Counted from the stretch's first letter, positions 45,072 through 56,096 are shown. The stretch is 64,000 bases of DNA from an uncultured delta proteobacterium (GCA_963769935.1 CAVYNY010000038.1:32001-96000); one strand, 5' to 3'. Numbers and translations: made by a program. Notes: generated from the letters alone by a model not told the origin.

Positions 45072-47134
45072 CTATCGGTTCCAATTTCGGTCCCAGTCTC
45101 GGTTCCAATTTCGGTCCCAGTCTCGGTTCCAATTTCGGTCCCAACCTCGGTCCCAATCCCGGTCATGATCTCGTTCGCGGGCGCAGGTGAAGCTTGATGC
45201 CAAGTTGGGGTCGCCGGATCCCTTGTATTTCGGCCAGGTCGGATACTCGCACAGCGGACGGGTGCGGCCCACATGGACAGCGGTATCGGTCACGATCTGG
45301 TCCGCCGGAGCGTTTCCCTTTTCTACCCAGTTTTCAAGCGCGGTGAGCGAGTCCCAGCCAGGGGTAAACGCGGCACCGAAGGCATGACCGACCCCGGGAC
45401 CTCGTAAAACCTGGCAAACTTTCTGACTCTCGTAGGCCCGAATTGAGCCTGCAATAGTTCCCAGTACATCTCGCTGGCACGGGTGCTGACAAGCACGTCC
45501 TGCAGGCCGTGGGCAAGCAGCAGCTTGCCGCCACGGGCGACGAACGCCGAGATGTCCGTTTTCGTGTCGAGCTCTTTGCTGAGCTCGCTGATGCGATGAG
45601 CATAGGGGCCAGGGTTTTCGGGGTCGATCGAGAGTGTGTCGAAAGTGCCGGTTGGGTCGCCCACCACGGCGTATTTCATGAACTGGTCCATAAACGGACT
45701 GAGATACGGCATGCTTTGGTTCGCGGGGAGCGCCGGCTGTAAATACCCAAGGGTCAGGAAGATTACGTAGGCCTGCAGCGAATATCCTCCGGCGTCCGCT
45801 TGGGTCCTGCCAAGATCCGCGCCCCATACATTGCAGCCGGGGAATGACTGCAATCCGCTCGCCATATAGAAGTGAAAGTTCGCGGGCGTGTTGTAAATGT
45901 TCAAGGCTTCAATTTGCGCATCCGACAGGCATTGTCAGCGGTGTCCTCACTTCCATCGCAGCGCACTACATCCGGATCGAATATCTCATTGCATTCCGTC
46001 TGGTTGCTGATTATGCCATCGGCGACACCATCCAGCTCATCGCAAACCATCATTGCCGCGTCATAGAGCACCTTCCGCTGTGCCTGGTTGGGATAGGCAT
46101 CCGGCTCCGCCATAGCTCTCATAATGCGCTGGCCTTGAAGCAGGGCGCCCATATCGTTCCAGGCCGGATACAAAGCGATGGCGCCGTCCCAGTCCGCGGG
46201 CCAGCGTTGAATGGCGGCCAATGCCTCACGCCCGCCGGTCGAGCCGCCCATAAAATACGATCTTTTTCGGATTCCGGCCATAGTAGTAATTGATGATGTA
46301 GACTGCCGCATCGCGGGTCTTCTTCGGTGCCTCGACGGTGAAGTTGCGCAAAGCCTCGTCGTTGAGGGCGAAAGAGCAGTCCTGCGAACCTAAGGACCCG
46401 GCCTGGTGACCGGAGTCACTGCCGAAGGTGGCATAGCCACGCCCCAACGGCACCAACTGATCCGTTGGACCGAATCCCACATTCCCGGCCACATTCGGGA
46501 TCGAGCCGTCGAAGCCGCCGCCGCCAAACGCCATCGCTTTATGGTTCCAACTTGCAGGCAGGTCGACCTGGAACTTGATATTCGGCGCAGTCGGGTCCAC
46601 CGGACTGATTTCGCCCAGTACCATGCAATATGCTCCGATGGCTGCAGCCCCAGTGCCGGCCGCTGGGACTACTGTTGTGCCGGTGACCACGGCCCCGGTA
46701 GTCGGCAAGTCAATCGATGCCGCGGGAATCACCATACCGTTGATTTCCGCGCAGGCCAACGCCTGAGTCGTATCCTCCAGCGCATCAATTAAATCGGCCC
46801 TTTGAGAGGCGACAATCCATTTGGCAATTTTGTTTTCGATATTCTTCTTCAGTTTGTCCTTGGCACCCGTGTAAGCGCCGGCCTCGAGCTGGTCAAAAGT
46901 TGCATCGATTTTGTTAAGCAGCGCATCCCGATTGTTACGGTTCCGGAAAGCTGAGTCCGGAAGATCATTGATGAGGTCTTCCACATTCGTCAGGGCTTTC
47001 CAAGCGCTGTCAAAAGCGCTCGCAGCCTGAGCCGTTGTTATCTGAGGAGAAGGCACCCAGGTCAATCCCAGACTCACAAGGCAGAACAGAACGGAATACA
47101 GAATCCTAACAGCTCCATTTCCAATCTTCTTCAT
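45072..47134 (-). pseudogene. Secreted tannase/feruloyl-esterase-family hydrolase with three single-base frameshifts
   Basis: Motifs LPASWN, GGGGFDG, DSGH, GGSTGGRE, DWDGAI, CDELDGVADG, GGKLLLAHG..D, GHA and RPLCEYP. Indels at ~46265 (+A in an A run), ~45933 (-1) and ~45393 (-G in a G run). Confidence 0.85.
45075..45170. repeat. Tandem 24-bp (2x12) repeat, four units, encoding an RDWDRNWN tail
   Basis: tcggttccaatttcggtcccagtc twice exactly, plus two degenerate units. Confidence 0.9.
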
Positions 47135-47135
47135 T

Positions 47136-47489
47136 TTAAGACCTCCTTTTCAATAAGGCATGAGTTGCATTTTCATAAATCTTAAATGTTATTTCGAATT
47201 GGGAATTGTTTAATGAAACTAAGGCCTTGCACGCGGATGGTGGACACCAATCATCCTTTTCGCCTGACAAAATCAGCAAATCAGCGTTAAGCTTAAAAAT
47301 ATCAGAACAATATGGATAAAATAAAACTGCACATTGGAATAGTTCTTCCTTAGATTTCGTAAATTCGCGGTGCCCTCCGCATTTTCCCTTAAACAAGCGG
47401 GGAAAATGAGAGGCGCTGTTGAACCCCATAGATAATGCACACAACAACCGCTGATAAAGTACAGAACCCCGGGGGACGGAAATTATCAC
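47136..47489 (-). pseudogene. Chimeric remnant: AraC-like HTH fragment plus dienelactone-hydrolase-like C-terminal fragment
   Basis: GFNSASHFPRLFK, then FYPYC..LLILSGEKDDWCP..YENATHA; AT-rich. Confidence 0.45.
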
Positions 47490-47523
47490 CGCCCCTCTGG
47501 TTTCCGGTTTCGAGCATTAACTG

Positions 47524-49455
47524 CTATGGAATTAGTCCAAAAGCATTAAAAACAGGTCCGGCTGTGGGAAACCTGTCTCTTGCCGCCTGAATATCTTGGG
47601 AATAATGATCCATGGCCGTGGTGCTCTCCACACTGATATCATAGGCGGTGAGATCGGCATCGAAGACGATCACTTTCGGTTCTCCAACCGCATTGGACCA
47701 CTGGGGCCACTCCGGGCGAGGGTAACCCATCAAATTGGGATCTCCCGTCCATACAAACGATCCCAGATAATCCATCATTGCACGCTGGAGAGCTTCGCGA
47801 CCGGGCCGATTGGTCTCCGAGAAACCCCAGCCAAAGAGGTCGTCGTCCCAACCGAAGAAAAAAGGAAGCTCCGCAGCGTGGCAAGGGCCGACAAGCAACC
47901 TGAAAGCTTCTTTCTCCGGATCGCCTCCGCCCCCCCATTGGAAGACATAACTGTAAACCGGATTCTCATCATTTTCGTCCTTGATTGCAGCCGCCGGCTG
48001 GTCTGCGCCTCCGTCCCGCCACTGGCGAGTCCAAAGGTCCCGCTATTGTTTCATAAAGAGCCTTGTCCTCTGGGGAAGGCAATACGTCATCGAGTGTCAG
48101 GTCGCCCGGGTCAAAGACCCTGAATGCATCTCCCCAGGAGTAATCGCCCGATGGAAAACCAAGTAACTTCGGATAGGCACCGTAGTATCGCATATACGCC
48201 TTGTACTCGTAACGGTTGGTTCCGATCAGCAGGGGCACCCGGTTATGTTGTCCACTCTCGATTGTGGGATAAAAGCCTTCAGCCGGGACAACGTTCCCAT
48301 CGAGGAAAGGTTGTACACTCCCTCCCGCCGCGATGTGGGCTGCCATGATTTCTTCAGCAGACTTCCATCTGAGGTAATCCTCGATCTCGTCGTTGGTCAT
48401 GTTTGCCCGATATGCTGCGGGATCCCCCCCACACCGACGGTTCCGTCATCCACGAGGAGCCACTCGATCATCTTATTTGTCTTGGCATCCCCTGTTGCCG
48501 GAGTGTCGAAGGTGGCTGAAGGCGGTGCGCCGCTCTCCACGACAGCAGATCTAAAGAGCCCCGAAGCCTTGGGCGATATGAGCAGGGTAAGCGTATCCAG
48601 CGCCCCTGCCGACTCACCGGCCAAGGTAACACTTAGCGGATTTCCGCCGAATGCACCGATGTTTTCTCTGGTCCACTTAAGCGCTTGGATTTGGTCGAGG
48701 ATACCGAAATTTCCGGATGCGTCCAGTGCATTTTCGTCATCCCGAAAAGCAGGGTGAGAGAGCCAGCCGAAGGGGCCCAGACGGTATTGGACCACCACGA
48801 CAATGATGTTCTCTCTTTTGGCCAGTGCTTTCCCGTCGTAATTCGTGGCGCCACCGAAAACATTGGATCCTCCGTGAAGCCATACGTAGACGGGAAGATG
48901 TTTGTCATCCGTGTCAGGGCGGTAGATATCTACGTAAAGGCAATCCTCACTCCCTACAATTTCCCCCGAGGTAATCCACGTGCGGCTTGTCAATCGTTGC
49001 GTGCACTCGCTGCAAGGTTCCGTAGCATCTCTGACTCCCGCCCAATGCTCAGGGTCTTCGGGAGCAGTCCAGCGAAGCCCTCCCACCGGTGGTTTCGCAA
49101 ATGGGACGCCTTTCCAGACCCAGGTTCCGTTGCTCTCCTGGTAGCCCTTGAGTTTGCCGTATTTCGTCTCTATAATCTCTTTATTCCATCCATCATTCCA
49201 CCTGTATTCAGGAGAACCCCACGACGGTCGTCTCTTAAATGGGACGTTTTTCCAAACCCAGGTTCCGCTGCTCTCCTGGTAGCCCTTGAGTTTGCCGTAT
49301 TCAGTCTCTATAATCTTTGTGTTCCGGTTATCATTGCGCGCGTGATCAGGAGGACCCCACGACGGTTGCTTCCCCTGCCCTTGACCTGCGATCGCAACGC
49401 CACAAGCGAAGAAAAGAAACACTCCGAGAATCATAATAGCAATCGCTTTTTTCAT
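47524..49455 (-). pseudogene. Secreted type-B carboxylesterase (pNB-esterase-like) with two homopolymer frameshifts
   Basis: Motifs GVPFAKPPVG.LRW, SEDCLY, WLHGG, YRLG, GESAG and CHAAELPF. Frameshifts at G7 (48424-48430) and G3 (~48040). Confidence 0.85.
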
Positions 49456-50021
49456 ACCGTTGCCTCCTTTATAGTATAGACTTGATTTGTAATGAGATCT
49501 TTCTTTGCAATACTATCGAGATTACCCATAATTGTTCTTTGAAAAATTTACTTAATTTTAACAGGCTGATATGCGCATTTGAATGCCTTTTGGCATTCGA
49601 AGGTATGGACGAATTATATCAAGCGACATCATTTCGAAACTAAAGGATCAGACAGCACCTGTTCATAAGGGCTCATTATGGTTCATTCAGAAAAACGGTT
49701 GAAACTCAAATATAGATATGGAAAATATATAGAGATGAAAAAAGTGAGCTGAATAATATTCTAATATAAAATCTCTGTCAAGTTCTAATTATAATCTGAT
49801 ATAACATATTAAATATATATGGAATATATTATTTTTTTTAGATAACTCCGAATTTTAGTTTTTCCCCTAATTAATATATATTTTGTCGAATATTGCTCGA
49901 TATTAGTGAATAATATTGCCAAAATCAAATAAAGAGCTATAGGTTTATTGCCGTTTTAAAGACAATCCGTTTGATCCCGCTGCTTTTCAGCAGGGCTTAC
50001 TGATTTTGCAAGGGGTAACTA

Positions 50022-51194
50022 ATGATGAGCGAAAAGAAGCAAAAAATTCTGGATGCGGCCGAGCGTATTATGTCTGCCAAGGGACGAAGCGCTACAATCA
50101 GCGAAATAAGCGCCGCTTCTGGGGTAACGGATTCTGTGCTCTATCATTATTTCGAAAACAAAGAGGACTTACTTTTCTCTGTCGCACAAGAGCACCTCAG
50201 GGATGCACTGGAAAAATTGGATGAACAACTCCAGGGCATCATGGATCCGGTCAATCAGCTTAGTAAGTTAATATGGTTTCAACTGTATTACCATGACACT
50301 CACCCTGACTATGGAAATCTCCTTTTGTTCGAATGTCGCTCAAGCAAGCGGTTTATGAACCATGAGGCTTACGGATTGATTAAGCGTTGGTCCGGCATCG
50401 GAATAGAAATTCTCAACAATGGAATTTCTGACGGCTCTTTCCGCAAAGACCTTGCCCTCCCAATAGTTCGTGATGCAATTTTTGGATTGGTTGATATGGA
50501 AAATATTCAGTTCCTGACTGCACGAGAACAGCTACAGGCACATAAGGACCTGGACGCTATTTTGGACCTCGTGCTGCCGATGATTCGACCCGATACAGAG
50601 GAGTGTGCCCCTAAAAACAACAAGGCCGGCAGAATACTGGCGTCTGCTTTAAGCGTTTTTGCCGCAAAAGGATTTCAGAACGCTACGGTACAGGAGATTT
50701 CAAAATCGGCGAATGTGTCTGAAGGAACTATTTACGAATATTTTAACAACAAGGAAGATTTGCTCTTTTCCATACTTGAGCGGCAATTTCAGAACAATCT
50801 TGATTTGCTTGATGAGTTGTTTGAAGTCAGGACCCCGCTGCGCAAACTAAAACGCTTCATGCGCTATCATTTCACGATCTATCTTACCCAGCCTGTTTTT
50901 GTAAAAGTTTTTTTGTTTGATGCGATTTACAATTCCGGCTTCTACGCCTCAAACGCCTATCAACCCTTTAAGCAATACATCGAAAGCATCTATGCGATTC
51001 TTGACGAGGGTAAAAAAGATGGCAGTATACGGCCGGAAATCAATAATCGTGTATTCAGAAATCTTTTTATGGGAATCTTCAGCCACATGGCCTTGAGGTG
51101 GCTGTTTACGCAAAAAGGCCGCCAGACTGATAAAATCGAAGAGATTAATGCGGCCGTTGCCCTTTTAAGCCGATCCATTGCGTCAAAAAAATAA
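50022..51194 (+). CDS. Tandem double TetR-family regulator
   Basis: Two HTH modules: ATISEIS..SGV..SVLYHYFENKEDLL and ATVQEISK.ANVSEGTIYEYFNNKEDLL. Confidence 0.9.
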   Translation: MMSEKKQKILDAAERIMSAKGRSATISEISAASGVTDSVLYHYFENKEDLLFSVAQEHLRDALEKLDEQLQGIMDPVNQLSKLIWFQLYYHDTHPDYGNLLLFECRSSKRFMNHEAYGLIKRWSGIGIEILNNGISDGSFRKDLALPIVRDAIFGLVDMENIQFLTAREQLQAHKDLDAILDLVLPMIRPDTEECAPKNNKAGRILASALSVFAAKGFQNATVQEISKSANVSEGTIYEYFNNKEDLLFSILERQFQNNLDLLDELFEVRTPLRKLKRFMRYHFTIYLTQPVFVKVFLFDAIYNSGFYASNAYQPFKQYIESIYAILDEGKKDGSIRPEINNRVFRNLFMGIFSHMALRWLFTQKGRQTDKIEEINAAVALLSRSIASKK

Positions 51195-51570
51195 AGTTCA
51201 CGGACCGTGAGGTCTAATCCGGCTAACCGAATATCGGCACAAAAAACTGATGCTAAATTGCCTGTTCGCAGCCGTATCCAAAACCCTGGTGACTTTCGGT
51301 GAAATTTAATCTTAATTTCGGTATACATAAAAGTAGGCGGGAAACTATATGCAACTAAGACGTTGTTGATCTATTAAAATCTCAATTTTATCTTTAATTT
51401 GGGGGTTGTAGGCAAAAAAAGTGCTAAAATTTGCTAATCTTTTAATCCGAATCGAATGATATTAATGAGTTAGGTGGTTTGTACCTTTAGCCGAAGCTCA
51501 AAAACTTGTAGGCACATGTTTTAACAATATTTGAGTGCGAAACAAATTAAAAAGAACCGTTATGTTTAAA

Positions 51571-52067
51571 AGCTGACCCTCAAAGGCTGGCATGTCATGC
51601 AGGGCTATTGGAAAAATCCGGCGGAAACCCAAAGACAGATTATCGATGGATGGCTTCACATGGGAGATCTGGCATCCAAAGAAGCAAACGGCTACCTGAA
51701 AATTTACGGGCGCACCAAGGACCTGATCAACCGCGGCGGCTATAAAATTTATCCCTATGAACTGGAATGCCTGCTGGTCGAACATCCCAAAGTCGAACAA
51801 GTCTGCATCGTCGCAACGCCGAATCCGGTTCTGGGCGAATCCATCTGCGCTTGTGTAGTCCCCAAACCGGGTCAAACAGTTACCCTGGCAGAAGTCAGGG
51901 AGTTACTGCAGGATCGGGTTGCCCCGCATAAACTGCCCGACGAACTTTGTGTCATGGAAGATTTCCCGAAGTTATCCGGCGGTATAAAAATTAAAAAATT
52001 CGGCCAGGGCGGCCTGGCGGAGTTGGCCGAAAAGGACGAATCCAGGCAAAAAATTCGAAGGAAGTGA
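51571..52067 (+). pseudogene. Direct repeat copy 2: orphan 3' fragment of the CoA ligase
   Basis: Near-identical to 44085-44581; no 5' part upstream. Confidence 0.92.
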
Positions 52068-52095
52068 TGGTCGCTCAACAAACCACCGGCAATAC

Positions 52096-52911
52096 CTACC
52101 TTTTCTTGAGACTCAAAATTTCTCGGGCCTCATCGGGAGTCGCAATTTCACGTCCGCACTCCCGGGAAATCCTGACAATACGCTCGACAAACTGGGCATT
52201 GGTTTTAGCCAGAACACCTTTGGCGTAGTATAAGCTGTCTTCCAAACCGACCCGGATGTGACCTCCCATCACGAGCGCCAGCATGGACATCGACAGCTGC
52301 CATCTGCCGGCCCCGATGACGGACCAGGTGGAAGACTGCGGGATATGATCCAGCAAGTGCAGCAGGGATTTCGGCGTTGCGGGAGCACCCCAGGGTGTTC
52401 CCAAAACCAATTGAAAATGAAGCGGTTCATCTACCTTTCCCTGATCTCTCAAATGCAAAGCGGTAATCAGCATGCCGAGGTCGAATGTTTCAAATTCAGG
52501 CTTAACCCCGTTGTCTCTCATTTTTTCGGCTGCCCGATCCAGAAACTCCGGTGAATTCACATAAACAGAACGGCCCCGATTGAAGGAGCCGGCATCAAAA
52601 GAGGCCAGCTCCGGTTTTAAATCAACCGGTGCCAGCCGTTCCTCGGTGGCAAAGTTTCCGCTGGTGGTCAGGCATAAGATCAGATCGGTTCTCTCCCGCA
52701 GCGGTTCCACCACCTGCCTGAAAACCTCCACATCCTGCGTGCCAAGGCCCGTTTGCGGGTCCCGGACATGGATATGAGCGATGGCGGCCCCCGCCTGCCA
52801 GCATTCATAGGCCGACTGGACAATTTCTCCCGGCGTTAAGGGAATATAGGGAGTCATCTCGCGGGTGATCCGGCCGCCGGTAATGGCGGCGGTAATGATG
52901 AGTTTCTCCAC
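52096..52911 (-). CDS. BKACE / 3-keto-5-aminohexanoate cleavage enzyme family (DUF849)
   Basis: Motifs KLIITAAITG, PLTP.EI, AGAAIAHIHVRD, KPEFE, GGHIRVGLED and REIATPDEAR. Confidence 0.9.
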   Translation of the reverse strand: MEKLIITAAITGGRITREMTPYIPLTPGEIVQSAYECWQAGAAIAHIHVRDPQTGLGTQDVEVFRQVVEPLRERTDLILCLTTSGNFATEERLAPVDLKPELASFDAGSFNRGRSVYVNSPEFLDRAAEKMRDNGVKPEFETFDLGMLITALHLRDQGKVDEPLHFQLVLGTPWGAPATPKSLLHLLDHIPQSSTWSVIGAGRWQLSMSMLALVMGGHIRVGLEDSLYYAKGVLAKTNAQFVERIVRISRECGREIATPDEAREILSLKKR

Positions 52912-53050
52912 GTCAGGAACCTCTCGCGCTTGAGTTAAAAACCAGCAGGAAGTATTGGTTACTAGTCGCCTTAGTAGGTTTCAGGTGTTCCGCCTTCGGC
53001 GGACCGATGGCCAAAGCAACGGCCGGTCTGATCGAAAAATAAAACTGAAT

Positions 53051-53141
53051 AATTCACCGCCGAGTTCGCGGAGGAACGCTGAGAAAATTCTCAGACAATT
53101 TTTCTTAACCTCAGCGATCTCAGCGGTCTCTGCGGTGAGTT
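53051..53141. repeat. Palindromic CACCGC-GAG...CTCTGCGGTG element
   Basis: aattcaccgccgagttcgcggag ... ctcagcggtctctgcggtgagtt. Confidence 0.7.
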
Positions 53142-53149
53142 GCATCTAA

Positions 53150-54508
53150 CTATTTATCCCGATGCTGTTTGACCTGCTCCAGGACGCGATCAATAAAGTG
53201 CTGGGTTTGACCGAGATAATTTTCCGGTTTGGCCAGCGTCTCCCAGTCTATTTTATTCTGCGGCGCTGTCGCGCCGAACTTTTGTTTGACAACTTCAATC
53301 AGTGAGCGGTTTTCAGCGGCGGCAACGCCGCAGGCCTGCTTCACCAGGGCCTGGGCCTCGGGACGTGAAATTTCGGCCGACAGCGCCTGAACCGCGGCCT
53401 CCGCCAGCACGAGATCATTCGAACGTGCAATATTTTCCCGCATCGCGTCTTCATTGACCTTGAGATTTTTAGCCAGAAACAAGGCGTTCCTGAGCGCTCC
53501 GCCCGTTAATACGATCATCTGGGAAAGGGTCAGCCACTCAACCTGCCAGCCATGGGTGGCCCGCTCGTGTTCCTGGATCATGGCCTGATGCATGGCCGAC
53601 AAAAGGGATGCATTCGTGCGGGCTGCTGCAATGATGAGTTCGCTGACAATGGGATTGCGCTTCTGCGGCATGGAGCTGCTCCCTCCGCGGTCCGGCTCGC
53701 CCGATTCCGCGACCTCCCCGACTTCATTCTGGGCCAGCAGAATGATGTCCTGGGCCATCTTGGCCAGGCTGGCTGTGAGCATACTCAACCAACCGGCGAA
53801 CTCGGCCAAACTGTCCCGCTGACTGTGCCACGGCATCAGCGGCAGACTCAAATCCAGCTCCCGCGCAAGGGCCTGCATCACAGCCATTCCATTGTCTCCC
53901 AGCGCCGCCAGGGTGCCGGCTGCTCCGCCGAACTGGAGCTGCAGCAGCCCGCTGCGCTGGGCGGCCAGCCGGTTTCGGTGCCGCAGCAGCGGCGCGAGCC
54001 AGCCCGCTGCCTTTAAGCCGAAGCTGACGGGCAGGGCTTGCTGGCCATGGGTTCGTCCGGCCATCACCGTTGCACGATGACGATCGGCCAATTCTGCCAG
54101 GCCACCGATGATCATTGCCAGCCGATTCTCCATGATTCCCAGCGCGGAACGAATCTGAAGCACCGTTGCCGTATCGACAATATCCTGCGTGGTTGCCCCC
54201 CAGTGGACGTAGGGTGCCGCTTCCCGGCCGACGGCTGCCCGCAAAGCCTTTACCAGCCCGATGACGGGGACGCCGTCGCGCAGCATGCCTTGTCCGATCT
54301 GCTGTGGATCCAAGGCGACGCTGCCGGCAATTTTTGAGATCCGTTCGCCCGCCGCGGAAGGGATGATGCCCAGCCTCGCTTCAACCCGGGCCAGGGCGCC
54401 TTCGACCGCGAGCATGGCCCGCAGAAAAGCATCGTCGTCAAAGAGCCCGGCAATTTCCGGATCACTGAAAAGCGGGCCGAATATTTTAGAATCGAGAGGT
54501 AGAGTCAT
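53150..54508 (-). CDS. pcaB: 3-carboxy-cis,cis-muconate cycloisomerase
   Basis: Motifs VHWGATTQD, GRT.GQQA, QFGGAAGT, GGSSSMPQKRNP and EHER; follows pcaHG. Confidence 0.92.
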   Translation of the reverse strand: MTLPLDSKIFGPLFSDPEIAGLFDDDAFLRAMLAVEGALARVEARLGIIPSAAGERISKIAGSVALDPQQIGQGMLRDGVPVIGLVKALRAAVGREAAPYVHWGATTQDIVDTATVLQIRSALGIMENRLAMIIGGLAELADRHRATVMAGRTHGQQALPVSFGLKAAGWLAPLLRHRNRLAAQRSGLLQLQFGGAAGTLAALGDNGMAVMQALARELDLSLPLMPWHSQRDSLAEFAGWLSMLTASLAKMAQDIILLAQNEVGEVAESGEPDRGGSSSMPQKRNPIVSELIIAAARTNASLLSAMHQAMIQEHERATHGWQVEWLTLSQMIVLTGGALRNALFLAKNLKVNEDAMRENIARSNDLVLAEAAVQALSAEISRPEAQALVKQACGVAAAENRSLIEVVKQKFGATAPQNKIDWETLAKPENYLGQTQHFIDRVLEQVKQHRDK

Positions 54509-54511
54509 GCT

Positions 54512-55114
54512 TCACGCATCAAAAAACGCGGTTTCGTTCTCGCCCTGGATGTGAATATCGAAGCGGTAGATTACTTTGCCTTCCGCCTTTTCGCGACCGG
54601 CAATCAGGGTATTTCTCCGGGCTGGGTCGTCAATGCTCACCAGGACGGGATCGTTTTGATTGGCGGCTTCGCCTTCGAAGTAGATCCGGGTGAACGCATG
54701 CGACAGCATGCCACGCGCAAACACGATGACATTGATATGCGGCGCCTGCAGGGTATCATTCGATCCCGGAACCATGCCCGGTTTGATGGTTTCAAACCAG
54801 TAGTTGCCGCTGGTGTCGGTTGCTGTCCGTCCGTGTCCCATGAATTCGGGATCGAGCGGTTTAGCCTGTTCGTCTAAAGGGTGATGGTAGCGTCCATGCC
54901 TGTTTGCCTGCCAGATTTCGATCAAGGCATCTTCAATCGGATGTCCCTCGCCGTCGGTAACACAGCCTTCGATCCGGATTCGCTCACCTTCCGTTTTTTC
55001 TGAGACCAGAACATTGGTAAATATTTTATCACCTGCACGCAGAAGCCCCTGGGAAAAATAGGGGCCGACCGTCTGGGAGGGGCTTTGAGTCATCATCGGA
55101 TTGTAGGGTTTCAT
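54512..55114 (-). CDS. pcaG: Protocatechuate 3,4-dioxygenase alpha subunit
   Basis: Motifs SPSQTVGPYF, IEIWQAN, QAPHI, FARG, TRIYF and YRFDIHIQGENETAFF. Confidence 0.95.
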   Translation of the reverse strand: MKPYNPMMTQSPSQTVGPYFSQGLLRAGDKIFTNVLVSEKTEGERIRIEGCVTDGEGHPIEDALIEIWQANRHGRYHHPLDEQAKPLDPEFMGHGRTATDTSGNYWFETIKPGMVPGSNDTLQAPHINVIVFARGMLSHAFTRIYFEGEAANQNDPVLVSIDDPARRNTLIAGREKAEGKVIYRFDIHIQGENETAFFDA

Positions 55115-55830
55115 TTTCTCCCCTTAAACGGTGTCTCCTCCCGTCCTCTGAGCACAAAATCAAACCGGTAGCCCAGCGCCGAACCGGGTTCGGAAACATC
55201 GTGGGAAAATTTGGCAACCAGCCGCTGCCGGGCTTTCTCATCGGGGATACCGTTGAATATGGGATCCAGTGGAATCAGCGGGTCGCCGGGAAAATACATC
55301 TGAGTTACGAGGCGCGTCACGAATGCCGAACCAAACAGCGAAAAATGGATGTGGGACGGGCGCCAGGCATTATAATGGTTGCCCCATGGATACGGTCCCG
55401 GTTTTATACTGACGAATCGATACTCGCCCTTTTCGTTGGTCATGCAGCGGCCGGCACCCGAAAAGTTGGGATCCAGGGGCGCATCGTGCTGATCACGTTT
55501 ATGCGGGTAGCGGCCGGCGGCATTGGCCTGCCACACTTCGATCAGGGTGTTGGCCACCGGACGTCCATCCTCTTCCAGCACCCGCCCGGTAACGATGATC
55601 CGTTCCCCTATGGCTTCACCCCCCCTGCCCGCGTTGGTGGTCAGATCACTGTCGCCGGGTTGAACGGTGTCATGTCCGTAAACCGGTCCGGTAATTTCCG
55701 ATAAGGTCTGGATCAGCGGTATGAGTGGTTTGCGGGGCGACCGCAGCGGCGTCGACCGGTAGGGTTCATAGAGATACGGCGGATGTACGCTCCAGTCCCG
55801 TGGTCCGTACCGCTTGATTTTTAATTGCAT
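55111..55830 (-). CDS. pcaH: Protocatechuate 3,4-dioxygenase beta subunit
   Basis: Motifs YRSTPLRSP, EVWQANAAGRY.H, KPGPYPW.NH.NAWRPSHIHFS and QMYFPGDP. Confidence 0.95.
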   Translation of the reverse strand: MQLKIKRYGPRDWSVHPPYLYEPYRSTPLRSPRKPLIPLIQTLSEITGPVYGHDTVQPGDSDLTTNAGRGGEAIGERIIVTGRVLEEDGRPVANTLIEVWQANAAGRYPHKRDQHDAPLDPNFSGAGRCMTNEKGEYRFVSIKPGPYPWGNHYNAWRPSHIHFSLFGSAFVTRLVTQMYFPGDPLIPLDPIFNGIPDEKARQRLVAKFSHDVSEPGSALGYRFDFVLRGREETPFKGRK

Positions 55831-55907
55831 GTTTATCCCTCGCAAGATGGCACTTCAGAAACTGCCTAGGATTCCAAAATACTGCATGTGTCTAAAGCTC
55901 AAAAAAA

Positions 55908-56096
55908 TGCCTAAAATGCGCTAAAGTGACTAAAATGCCTAAAATTAATGTATTCTGTCGTTTTATATGAACTATCAACCGGCGCGTCAACGCCATAGCC
56001 TTCTTTCTTTATCTTTTATCCTTTAGCCTTTCACCTTTTTCCTTTATCCAGCAGCCAAGCCAACTCAATAAACTCAACAAACTCAATAAACCCAAT
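55908..56096. repeat. Short tandem arrays (atgcctaaa; ccttt heptamers; aactcaata nonamers) between pcaC and pcaH
   Basis: atgcctaaaatgcgctaaagtgactaaaatgcctaaaat; tatcttttatcctttagcctttcacc; caactcaataaactcaacaaactcaataaacccaat. Confidence 0.7.

Noticed and set aside
45075..45170. Possible CRISPR array
   Set aside because: The units are contiguous with no unique spacers, they are in frame within a CDS tail, and there are no cas genes.
49797..49805. Fourth ModE-like box (TGATATAAC)
   Set aside because: Only a half-site in very AT-rich DNA; the left arm does not match.
44582..51570. Prophage or ICE
   Set aside because: No integrase, transposase, relaxase or phage gene is visible. The hairpin at 44917 alone does not establish an IS.
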